Positions 29,387 to 38,134 are shown, counted from the first letter of the stretch. The stretch: DNA of 60,645 nt from an uncultured Bacilli bacterium (GCA_944329465.1 CALVII010000001.1:1-60645); one strand, 5' to 3'. Numbers and translations are program-made. The notes: generated from the sequence alone by a model not told the origin.

Positions 29387-29509
29387 TTATCTCAATAATT
29401 TTTTACTTTTGCTAAATAGAATATCATTATATAACTCATATTTAGGATACTTTTCTAGCCACATTAATGAGTTTAAACAATCAAAAAGTAATAATCTGTT
29501 ATCAAATTC
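29387..29509 (-). pseudogene. C-terminal remnant of an APH-like kinase gene (paralog of 38651-39481)
   Basis: Translates EFDNRLLLFDCLNSLMWLEKYPKYELYNDILFSKSKKLLR*. The C-terminus of the 38651 product is YFNYNLFLFEYLNSMRWIAKYPKYDKYRNVLFNKSKKFVR*. Homology stops abruptly at 29509/29510. Confidence 0.6.
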
Positions 29510-29605
29510 CCTAGTTTCGCATTTCTAGAGAATAAAAAACTGTTAAAACAAGCCTGTTTTCAACAAAAAATAAGCATTTATATGATTTTTAAATGCGAAA
29601 CTAGG
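29510..29605. repeat. 96-bp palindromic element with perfect 15-bp terminal inverted repeats
   Basis: CCTAGTTTCGCATTT (29510-29524) and AAATGCGAAACTAGG (29591-29605). The 66-bp interior contains an imperfect inner hairpin (TGTTAAAACAAG / CTGTTTTCAACA). Confidence 0.8.
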
Positions 29606-29745
29606 CTTATCACACACATTTCTATGCATTTCCTCTATATTTTTATAAAACAATTATATACATACTCAATATCATATTTTTTAGTGTATTTACTATTTAA
29701 TCCTCTAGTAATATTAAAGGTATCATTTATTAGACAACAAGGTGT

Positions 29746-29942
29746 ATAGGTGTTACTGATACACCTTGACCAAAAGCCATAGTAGCAAGTTCCACTGGAC
29801 CAACTTTACTCCTATCAAAAATAATTCCGCTAGCTTCACCATTTAAATCAACACCAGTTTTTTTACCAAAACCAAAAGCATTTATATAATCAAACAAAGT
29901 ATTCTTACCAAGCCTTTGACCTAAAACAACAAATCCTGGGTT
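29746..29942 (-). repeat. 197-bp direct copy of an internal segment of the PBP gene (24892-25088)
   Basis: Base-by-base comparison shows 4 mismatches, all within the leftmost 34 nt, and the remaining 163 nt are identical. The copy encodes NPGFVVLGQ...AFGQGVSVTPI and then stops. Similarity ends at CCTGGGTT, inside the recombinase ORF. Confidence 0.85.
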
Positions 29943-31686
29943 CCTTGGTGTCTAGCAAGAGATACTTTTGTCTTAAAAAATTATTGTCAAAAGACAATCT
30001 CAAGCTATAATCTCTATTTGTAATTTTTGTTTTTGTTTTTTCATCTTTATTATTCATGTTTGAATTATTATTATCTTTTTTGTTATAATCGAGTTCCATT
30101 TCTTGATCTGGTGTTTTAAAGTTAAATATCATTTGTAATTTCAAATGCTTGCGGTCGTTATTTATTTTGCTAACAAAAACTTTATCAATGAACAAATCAA
30201 AGTATTTACCAATATTTTCTTTTATATTTAATTTTGGAGTTAATAGTTCTCTTATATTATTAGCAATTTTTTCATAATATGATGGGGTTTCTCTATTTGT
30301 TTCACGTTCAATTAAATCTCTTTTTAATGTTGAAATTGTTTCTAATATCTTCTTGTTTTTTTCCATAAATTTTTCATCTGAAATCATTTTTCTTAATGAC
30401 ATATCTAATAATCTTTCTTTATAAGTTTCTTGCTCTTTTAATTTTTCTTTTAAAGTTTCTATATTATCATTATCATTGGTTTCTTTAATTAAATGTATAT
30501 AATCTGTTATTATTGTATTTAATAATTTTTCTTTATTATCTATAAATTTTTCTAATACCTCTGTAAATATTTCATCAAGATGCTTTTCAAATAATCTAGG
30601 AGTAGCACAACCCTTGATGCCGTGCCTTAAATATTCATTACATTGCCAAACTGGATTATCTTTTCTTTTACCGCTTGCACTCCTAATAAAAGTTGTATTA
30701 TGCTCCATGCAAAATATTTTTGATGTATATTTTCTATTTTCTAAATAAAATTCCTTATTCAATACATTTGCATTCCAATTACCATTTCTCTTTTTATATA
30801 TTTCATTACATTTATTCCATAATTCTTCTGATACAATTGGTGGAATATTTCCTTTTTTATCTTTTTCAACTATCCATTCGCTTTCTGGTTTTGCAACTTT
30901 TTTATGAGTTTTATAATCTTGAACTTCGGTTAAATTTGCTGTATAAAAACCTTTGTACCTAGGATTCTTTAACATTTTCTTTAATGTTACATCACTAAAT
31001 ATCTTCCCCTTTCTAGTATAATAACCATTTTGTGCTAATTTCTCGCCAATTTTTTGAAACCCATATTCTCCTGTTGAATATAAATCGTATAACATTTGAA
31101 CTGCCTTTGCTTCACTTTCAATTATAGTTAATTTTCCATCTTTTTTGCTATAACCATAAAGCCCACCACCACCACCAACTTTCCTATCTTTAATGCTTCT
31201 TCTAACTCCAAATTTTACTCTTTCAGATAATTTTCTAACCTCATCTTGAGCCATTGATGCCATAAGAGTTAATCTAAATTCACTATCTGGATAAATAGTG
31301 TTTATATTATCAGATATAAAAAACACTATAACACCATACTGTAATAATAATTGTGTATATTTTATGCTATCAATTGTATTACGAGCAAACCTGGATACCT
31401 CTTTTGTTAAAATCAAGTCAATTTTTCCTAATCTCGCATCTTCAATCATTCTTAAAAATTCTTCTCTTTTATATACCTGTGTACCTGAAATTCCTTCATC
31501 ACTATAACTGGCAACATGAGTCCAACTTTTAACATTGTCAATCATATCATCAATAGTAATCTTATCAGTATTATTTTTAATTTCATCTGTATTTCTAAGA
31601 ACTCTACTATAAACTGCAACTTTTAAGTCCATGTCATATATTGTTTTCCCAAGCATTAATTCTTGCCTTGTTTTAATTAAATCCAT
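29905..31686 (-). CDS. Large serine recombinase (resolvase/invertase N-domain plus recombinase and zinc-ribbon domains), possibly inactive
   Basis: VAVYSRV..., SYSDEGISGT, DLILTKEVSRFARN (E-helix SRxxR), Cys-rich CMEHN...CNEY...C zinc ribbon, and a long coiled-coil C-terminus. The last 12 codons and the stop lie in PBP-derived DNA. The expected nucleophile Ser in YxRVS reads Leu (YSRVL). Confidence 0.8.
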   Translation of the reverse strand: MDLIKTRQELMLGKTIYDMDLKVAVYSRVLRNTDEIKNNTDKITIDDMIDNVKSWTHVASYSDEGISGTQVYKREEFLRMIEDARLGKIDLILTKEVSRFARNTIDSIKYTQLLLQYGVIVFFISDNINTIYPDSEFRLTLMASMAQDEVRKLSERVKFGVRRSIKDRKVGGGGGLYGYSKKDGKLTIIESEAKAVQMLYDLYSTGEYGFQKIGEKLAQNGYYTRKGKIFSDVTLKKMLKNPRYKGFYTANLTEVQDYKTHKKVAKPESEWIVEKDKKGNIPPIVSEELWNKCNEIYKKRNGNWNANVLNKEFYLENRKYTSKIFCMEHNTTFIRSASGKRKDNPVWQCNEYLRHGIKGCATPRLFEKHLDEIFTEVLEKFIDNKEKLLNTIITDYIHLIKETNDNDNIETLKEKLKEQETYKERLLDMSLRKMISDEKFMEKNKKILETISTLKRDLIERETNRETPSYYEKIANNIRELLTPKLNIKENIGKYFDLFIDKVFVSKINNDRKHLKLQMIFNFKTPDQEMELDYNKKDNNNSNMNNKDEKTKTKITNRDYSLRLSFDNNFLRQKYLLLDTKEPRICCFRSKAW

Positions 31687-31708
31687 TTTGCTCTCCTTTC
31701 TTATATTT

Positions 31709-31915
31709 TTACGATTTTTCTTCTAAAATAATCTTGTCCATTTTTTTAATTAATAGTTTTTGCATTTTACTATATATGTTATAGGATATTATTTTATTTT
31801 CTAAAAGTTCCTTATTAAATGACATCCTTAATTTTAAAATGAGGTACTCTTTAGGCAATTCTTTCGAATCTGTAAAAAATTGTAATTCTTCAATCGTATT
31901 TGTATTCAAAATCAT
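31709..31915 (-). CDS. Small hypothetical protein upstream of the recombinase
   Basis: 68-aa ORF with a GAGGAGGG RBS. The C-terminal ELLENKIISYNIYSKMQKLL is weakly SHOCT-like. Confidence 0.45.
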   Translation of the reverse strand: MILNTNTIEELQFFTDSKELPKEYLILKLRMSFNKELLENKIISYNIYSKMQKLLIKKMDKIILEEKS

Positions 31916-31945
31916 TCCCTCCTCACATTAAGATTATTAAATTCT

Positions 31946-31976
31946 AAACAAAAAAGAACTCAAATACTGAGTTCTT
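31946..31976 (-). terminator. Terminator after the 32089-32604 gene
   Basis: Minus strand AAGAACTCAgtattTGAGTTCTT (9-bp stem) followed by TTTTTGTTT. Confidence 0.65.
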
Positions 31977-32088
31977 ACAAAATTTGCTAGTAAAAACTCA
32001 ATATTTTCTTAATGAAAGAGAGTACCTCTATAAATCATTATTTAAAATATTAAGTTTTCAAATAACAATTTATATTATTAATAACATA

Positions 32089-32604
32089 TTAAACACTTTG
32101 ACTTTTTTTAAAATTTTGTATTTGATTAGCTATATCAAAACCACCTAAACTTGATCCTAGTGATATAACTAAAGTCTTTTCTTTAAAGTAAGTTTCATTA
32201 TCATACCTAATTATTACCTCACTAAATACATCAAGTTTTTCATTAAAATTTAGTTTTTCAAATTTCGATGCAATTTCTTTTTCTTCATTATTAAAATAAA
32301 TACCTATTACATTTCCATTATATTCATAAGCATCTTTACTATTAGTGGCACCATTGTATAACATAGCAAAATATTGTAACAAAATAGTACAAGCATTTTT
32401 TGAAAGTCCAATTACCTCCGAATCAAATATTTTCATATCATCATCTTCTATCAAATCTGGATTAGGCTCATTCCTATCATTAATTTGATTGTTATTTAAC
32501 AAATTAAAAATATATATAAGAAATTTTAATTTGCTAATATCATTCTTATCTTCCAACTCCTCAATAAATTTTTTAACCTCATTTGTAGTTTCAGTAATAT
32601 ACAT
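32089..32604 (-). CDS. Hypothetical protein
   Basis: ORF with an AAGGAGGA RBS 8 nt before the ATG at 32604 (MYITETTNEV...). The track ORF starts earlier at a TTG. No recognisable motif. Confidence 0.5.
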   Translation of the reverse strand: MYITETTNEVKKFIEELEDKNDISKLKFLIYIFNLLNNNQINDRNEPNPDLIEDDDMKIFDSEVIGLSKNACTILLQYFAMLYNGATNSKDAYEYNGNVIGIYFNNEEKEIASKFEKLNFNEKLDVFSEVIIRYDNETYFKEKTLVISLGSSLGGFDIANQIQNFKKSQSV

Positions 32605-32812
32605 ATTATCAATCCTCCTTACGTTATATAACTGAATTAGAGCCATTTTAAACGACATTCTTTTTTTGCTCTTATAACTATTCAAGTCATCACATTAAAT
32701 GCAACAGCGATTAAAAGAAACACATATAACGGCTCTTTTTTTCGTTTTATTTATCACTTAAAAAAAGAAATTTTGCAAGAGTTTTTTTATAAAAAATTAT
32801 CTTTCTAATTCT

Positions 32813-33355
32813 TTATAACTTTTTTTCTTCTATTAGCGTTAAATTGTTGTCTTTAATATTATCTATAAGGCTTTCATTTGAAGTAAATATCGTTTCAAAT
32901 GCTTTTTTTCTTGGTATTTCATGTTCATATTCAACAAAATTATGATATTTACTACTTTGATTAACAAAGTTTTTTAACGCCTCATAAGAAGCATCACTAT
33001 TGCATCTTATATATAGCCTTTCTTCTGCTGGTACAAAAAACTCATACCCATCTTCGTAATAACTATCATTTTTACTATTATAAATGCATATAACATTATC
33101 TTTATCACAAAAAATTATTGCTTTATGATGATATGATTCACTATTATCAAATTCTGCATCTAATATTTCTCCAACATCAATTAAACCTGTTTTACACTTA
33201 CTTGGTAAAAGTTTTACATTAGTGCAATCAGTTGTCATAAAAGCACCTTTTGTTTCTCCTTTAACACTACATGATAATATCCTGTCATATTCTGTCATTT
33301 TATCTTTATTAAAATTACCATTCATAATATTTGCTAATTTTTCTTTCAAATTCAT
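32813..33355 (-). CDS. Hypothetical protein
   Basis: 180-aa ORF starting 2 nt after the helicase fragment stop. No recognisable motif. Confidence 0.5.
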   Translation of the reverse strand: MNLKEKLANIMNGNFNKDKMTEYDRILSCSVKGETKGAFMTTDCTNVKLLPSKCKTGLIDVGEILDAEFDNSESYHHKAIIFCDKDNVICIYNSKNDSYYEDGYEFFVPAEERLYIRCNSDASYEALKNFVNQSSKYHNFVEYEHEIPRKKAFETIFTSNESLIDNIKDNNLTLIEEKKL

Positions 33356-33357
33356 TA

Positions 33358-34830
33358 CTATCTCTCCATTTCTTCTTCATTAGTTTCTTCAATATTTCTA
33401 GTGTTTTCTTGTTTATCTAAATCAAGTTCACTATCAATTCTTGCTTTCTCTTTTTGTAATTCTTTAATTCTCCCTTGTTGTGTAAATGGTTTATCAAGTT
33501 CTTCTTTAACATCTATAAGTTGTTTTTCGGTATAAGCAATTTGGTCTTTTACAGTACCAATTTTATTATCAAAACTTTTCAGCATATTTTCTAACTTTAA
33601 AATATTACCTATTTCATCAGTATTATTAATTTCAACTTTATATTTTCCTGCACCTTTTATATAAATAACTGGCTTATACCACAATTCATCTTTAGTACCA
33701 ACAATATCAAAACCACTTATTTCGCCGAGTTTAGTTTCCTCTCTCGGTTTTAAAAGAGAAAAACTTTCATAAAATTTTGTGCTAGCATCTTTTCTAGAAT
33801 CATAAATTTTATCTCTAATAGTAATTACAAAATTATCAGCAGACAAGTCTTTTACATTTTTTATATCTTCTTCAAGACCACTTAAGTATTTCTTTTTATA
33901 TTTTAGTTCTCTTGGTAATTCAGTATTATATTTTGCCTCAAGTTCAATATGTGATTTATCATATCTACTTTTAGATAAATATAATTGTTTTAATTCGTTT
34001 TCTACTTTAAACTTTTCAAGAATTAATGGATTACCACTAGCAAGTGCTTTAACCTCTGCATAAGTAAGTGTATCTCTATCTAAATCTTCGGCAGTTCTTC
34101 CACCACCACTACTATTAGACATTATTTGATTAATGAAAGTTGCTTTTGTTTGGATTAATTGATAAGAGTAAGCATCAAAACTGCCTTCAGTAACATAACG
34201 ATATATTTCTACTTCATCATTTTGATTACCTTGTCTTAAAATTCTTCCTTCACGTTGTTCAATATCAGATGGTCGCCATGGACAATCTAAATGATGTAAA
34301 GCAATTAACTTGTCTTGAACATTCATTCCTGCTCCCATTTTAGAAGTTGATCCTATCAAAATTCTTTTCGTTCCATTTCGCATATCTTCAAAAAGTTTTA
34401 ATTTTTGAGGATTAGTTTTTGCATTATGAATATACTCGATTTCATCTGCTGGTACTCCTCTAGCAATAAGTTTATTTTTAATATCATCATAGACATTGAA
34501 AGAACCATCATTTTTAGGAGTAGATAAATCACAAAAGACAAGTTGTGTTAACTTGTCCTCTTTGTTTTCTAACCATATTCTATAAATATTTTCTACTGCC
34601 ATATTTATTTTTGAATTAGGTAAATCTGGCATACTAGGATCTATCATTCTTAAATCGAGTGCTGCTTTTCTACCATCATTAGTTACTAAAAGCATATTAT
34701 CTTCTCTTGGATCACAACCATTCCTAATAATTTCACTACGTTCTGCTAATTTATTAACATATTCAGCAAGTTCTTCACTCTTTGGAGCAACTACTGTTTT
34801 ATAATCTCCACCTTTTAATTTAGGATAAAC
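33358..34830 (-). pseudogene. C-terminal fragment of a large SF2 (SNF2/DEAD-like) helicase typical of conjugative elements
   Basis: Helicase-C motifs ILIGSTSKMGAGMNVQ and HLDCPWRPSDIEQREGRILRQGN. The open frame runs upstream of the first Met to 34830 without a start. The N-terminal ATPase lobe and any upstream domains are absent. Confidence 0.7.
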
Positions 34831-34945
34831 TTAGAAATAAAGTTTTTTAAAAGCTCTCAGATTGTACTTTTTTAAAGCACTTTCTAACTTCTTGAACTTT
34901 TTTTCATTTTTATAATCAAAAACATATTTTTCCATTGTACATAAC
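34831..34945 (-). pseudogene. Truncated third copy of the 35094/35794 paralog family
   Basis: Encodes MEKYVFDYKNEKKFKKLESALKKYNLRAFKKLYF then TAA, where the paralogs have GAA (Glu). It keeps the conserved upstream leader. It is fused in frame to the helicase fragment at the shared TTTTAATTTAGG. Confidence 0.7.
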
Positions 34946-35093
34946 CCTTCCTTAGTGATAACAACTGATATAACATAAAATTTAAAAAATTAGAAGAAAA
35001 ATCATAATCTTTAGGAACAACGACTATTTATGCTTTATACAATTTAGTAAGATGTAAAACTAAATGCAATCCCAAAAATCATGAAAGTTGCAT

Positions 35094-35573
35094 TTACTTT
35101 TTCATTTGATCCTTTATAGCTTCGAATAAACTTGTTTTAACTTCACAATGATATAAAAAATCTTTTTTAACATCCTTTTTAACATTTTTGGAATTAACTA
35201 TATCTAAAAGTCTTTTTATAAACTCAAGATCTTCGTCAGTGGTAAGAAAAGGTTTTGATTGATATTGTTCACTTATAGCATCCTCCGGTGAGAAAGTAAT
35301 CAAAGTTACACTCTCGCTATCTTCATCTACTTCATAATGAAGTTTAACCTCACCATAAGTTTTAGCAAATAATGCGTCTGTTGGCAAGTCTAAAACATAC
35401 TCCATTATATTTCCTTCTTCTTTCACAACATGACCTATAAATTCACCAGCTTTTAATTTAGGATAAACTTCGAAATAAAGTTTTTTAAAAGCTAACGGAT
35501 TGCATTTTTTTAAATCCTTTTCTAACTTCTTGAACTTTTTTTCATTTTTATAATCAAAAACATATTCTTCCAT
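35094..35573 (-). CDS. Hypothetical protein, tandem paralog 1 (weakly RelE/ParE-like layout)
   Basis: 159 aa from the ATG at 35573 (MEEYVFDYKNEKKF...), preceded by AGGAAGGG. The N-terminal approximately 100 aa are more than 60 percent identical by eye to paralog 2. The ...KLHYEVDEDSESVTLITFSP block recalls the RelE/ParE beta-sheet core. Confidence 0.55.
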   Translation of the reverse strand: MEEYVFDYKNEKKFKKLEKDLKKCNPLAFKKLYFEVYPKLKAGEFIGHVVKEEGNIMEYVLDLPTDALFAKTYGEVKLHYEVDEDSESVTLITFSPEDAISEQYQSKPFLTTDEDLEFIKRLLDIVNSKNVKKDVKKDFLYHCEVKTSLFEAIKDQMKK

Positions 35574-35793
35574 TCTACATAACCCTTCCTTAGTGATGTT
35601 AATTGATATAACATAAAATTTAAAAATAAGAAGAAAAATCATAATCTTTAGGAACAACAACTATTTCTAACTTATATAATTTAATGTTTACATACTTAAA
35701 TAATTATCAACCGTTTCTATTTTTCACAAAAATACCCTTTTATAAATAAAAATAACTTTAAATTCAAAAAAACTAATTTTTATCATAATATTT

Positions 35794-36231
35794 TTACAAA
35801 TTAAGCCATTTATCATGATGACCATTATTAATTTTTTCTAATAAATCTATTTTAAATCTATCTAACTCAGGATGTTGTTTTGAAAGCATAACTCCATTAT
35901 AAGTAATTAATTCTGACTGATGACCTTCTTTCAATATATCTGCTGGAGATATAGAACTCAAAATTATAACTTTGTTATATTCATCTACCTCATAATGTAA
36001 TTTAATCATGTCATAGACTTTAGCAAATAATTCATAAGTTGGCAAATCCAAAACATACTCTTTTATATTTCCTTTATCTTTTACAACTTTACCAATAAAT
36101 TCACCAGCTTTTAATTTAGGATAGATTTCAAAATACAGTTTTTTAAATGCAAACATATTATACTTTTTCAATGCACTCTCTATCATTTTAAACTCATTTT
36201 CATTTTTATAACCAAAAACATATTTTTCCAT
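35794..36231 (-). CDS. Hypothetical protein, tandem paralog 2
   Basis: 145 aa from the ATG at 36231 (MEKYVFGYKNENEF...). Same leader and RBS as paralog 1. The C-terminal third is divergent. Confidence 0.55.
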   Translation of the reverse strand: MEKYVFGYKNENEFKMIESALKKYNMFAFKKLYFEIYPKLKAGEFIGKVVKDKGNIKEYVLDLPTYELFAKVYDMIKLHYEVDEYNKVIILSSISPADILKEGHQSELITYNGVMLSKQHPELDRFKIDLLEKINNGHHDKWLNL

Positions 36232-36377
36232 TGCACATAACCCTTCCTTAGTGATGACAACTGATATAGCAAAATGCATTAAAGTTATCTATATAAAAGT
36301 ATCATAAAATTTTTCTTTGTATTATGCAATCATGTAACTAATAAAACATAAACCGAAATAAAAACCGATTTAGTTAA

Positions 36378-37559
36378 TTATTGAATCAATTTTTCCAAAA
36401 AAGCAGCTACTCCATCATTATTATTAGATAATGTAACATAATCTACATTTGACTTTATTAAATCAACCGCATTTGCAACTGCCACACTAAATCCACAACT
36501 ATTAAACATTGAAATATCATTTTTATCATTACCAATTGCAATTGTGTTTTTTAATGGAACTTTTAAATAATTAGATAATCTTATTAAAGCATTGCCTTTT
36601 GATACATTACTATTAGAAACACTAAACCATTCCTCACTAAAGATAGAAGTGTCTTTTGTTTCATCAACAATACAAACTTTTTTATTTTTCTTGATTTGAT
36701 TTTTAATTTTTTTTATCTCGTTTTTATTTGAGCCAATAAACATACATTGTTTTATATTTAAATCGCTTAATTGGTTATTATAATTATATTTATCAATTAA
36801 AACTTGATTAGCATTTCTTACTTCTTTTGTAACATAATCAGTATCACCTGTGGATAAAACTAATCTTATATCATTCAAATATGCACATTTAACAAAATTA
36901 AATATTTCATTCTTGTCAATATATAATCCATCAATAATCTTATTAGTACTTATATCATATATTTCTGCACCATTTGAAGAAATAACTATATCTGTAGTTC
37001 CAGCTTTTTTAGCCACTTCTATAGCTTGATATCTAGGTCGTGATGTGCAAATTACAATTATATTTCCATTCTTTTTATTATCTTTAATTGCTTTTTTTGT
37101 TCTATAAGAGATTGTTCCATCAGATCTAGTTAGTGTATCATCATTATCAATTAAAATCATTTTTTTATTGTTGTTTATTTTAGAAATAAACAAATTTTTG
37201 TCATGTACACATTCTATATCTAATTCGTTCATCATTTGGATTAAAGTGTCATATTTACTGTCTAATGGGATGTATACAATAAATGGGAAACGTTGAAAAT
37301 GCACAAAATGTTTTTTCAGACGTAATAATTCGTTATTAAATGTGTTATCACTATTAAAATAATATGTAAATAATGTTTTTGTTTGTTCAACATACGGTTT
37401 AGAAAAACAAGATAAATCATAGGAAAGTCTAATTGGAATTAATTCAATATCACTATTTATAAGATTATTGACTATAAAATTCTCATCATCTTCTATAAAT
37501 GCAACAACTCGTTTATCTTTTAAATTTTGCATTTCACCAAATACATCATAATCTTCCAT
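36378..37559 (-). CDS. Two-domain protein: unknown N-terminal domain (about 130 aa) fused to a Cof-type HAD-IIB phosphatase
   Basis: HAD motif I ILIDNDDTL, motif II ICTSRP, motif IV GNDKNDISM. The N-terminal domain has no recognisable motif. Confidence 0.8.
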   Translation of the reverse strand: MEDYDVFGEMQNLKDKRVVAFIEDDENFIVNNLINSDIELIPIRLSYDLSCFSKPYVEQTKTLFTYYFNSDNTFNNELLRLKKHFVHFQRFPFIVYIPLDSKYDTLIQMMNELDIECVHDKNLFISKINNNKKMILIDNDDTLTRSDGTISYRTKKAIKDNKKNGNIIVICTSRPRYQAIEVAKKAGTTDIVISSNGAEIYDISTNKIIDGLYIDKNEIFNFVKCAYLNDIRLVLSTGDTDYVTKEVRNANQVLIDKYNYNNQLSDLNIKQCMFIGSNKNEIKKIKNQIKKNKKVCIVDETKDTSIFSEEWFSVSNSNVSKGNALIRLSNYLKVPLKNTIAIGNDKNDISMFNSCGFSVAVANAVDLIKSNVDYVTLSNNNDGVAAFLEKLIQ

Positions 37560-37602
37560 TTACATTATGCCATCCATTTCATATAAATATATAAGTAAAT
37601 TT

Positions 37603-38121
37603 TTAACCATTTACTTGTTTTAAGTATTCCTCAATGGCTGATATCATATCTGGAGAAATGATCTTATTTTCTTCGTTATTTGGAATATTTTCTTTTATTT
37701 TTTCAATGGCTTCATTCAATTTAAAAGTTTCTATTTGATAATTATTCCGTTTTTCATGTTCCGTATAATTAACTTTTGTTAAATCAGGCTTTTTATTTGT
37801 TTTAATTATATAATAATATATTTCTGATTTTCTGTTTTTGCCTTTTTCCGGCCAATCCTTATTCATAAAAGTTACTTTCATAAAAGGTCTTTCAATTTCA
37901 TCATCATTAATTTCAATGCCAGTTTCTTCTGACACTTCTCTTTTCAAACACTCGTTAAACGTTTCATTTTGTTCAAGATGTCCACCGGGAAATTGGAACA
38001 AGCTATTTTCATTTCCAATTAAAATTTTATCACCATTAATAATAAGTGCTTTAGTTCTGATGACTGTTTCAGTAATATCAGATTCATTTAAATAATCATA
38101 ATTGTAAATAATTTCTTTCAT
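37603..38121 (-). CDS. Nudix hydrolase (canonical box)
   Basis: GGHLEQNETFNECLKREVSEETGI. The ATG at 38121 (MKEIIYNY) lies 9 nt after AGGAGA. Confidence 0.85.
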   Translation of the reverse strand: MKEIIYNYDYLNESDITETVIRTKALIINGDKILIGNENSLFQFPGGHLEQNETFNECLKREVSEETGIEINDDEIERPFMKVTFMNKDWPEKGKNRKSEIYYYIIKTNKKPDLTKVNYTEHEKRNNYQIETFKLNEAIEKIKENIPNNEENKIISPDMISAIEEYLKQVNG

Positions 38122-38134
38122 TTTACGCATTCTC

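Larger units (their letters stand above)
29510..34830 (-). mobile_element. Decayed serine-recombinase integrative/conjugative element remnant
   Basis: Contains a large serine recombinase, a small upstream ORF, two orphan ORFs and the C-terminal third of a large conjugative-element-type helicase. Both edges are abrupt homology breakpoints (29509/29510 and about 34812-34830). Confidence 0.55.

Noticed and set aside
24892-29942. Possibility that the 197-bp PBP duplicate is an assembly or collapse artefact
   Set aside because: Not adopted as the primary reading. The copy has four specific substitutions and unique flanks on both sides, and a coherent junction with the recombinase ORF. Long-read confirmation is still advisable.
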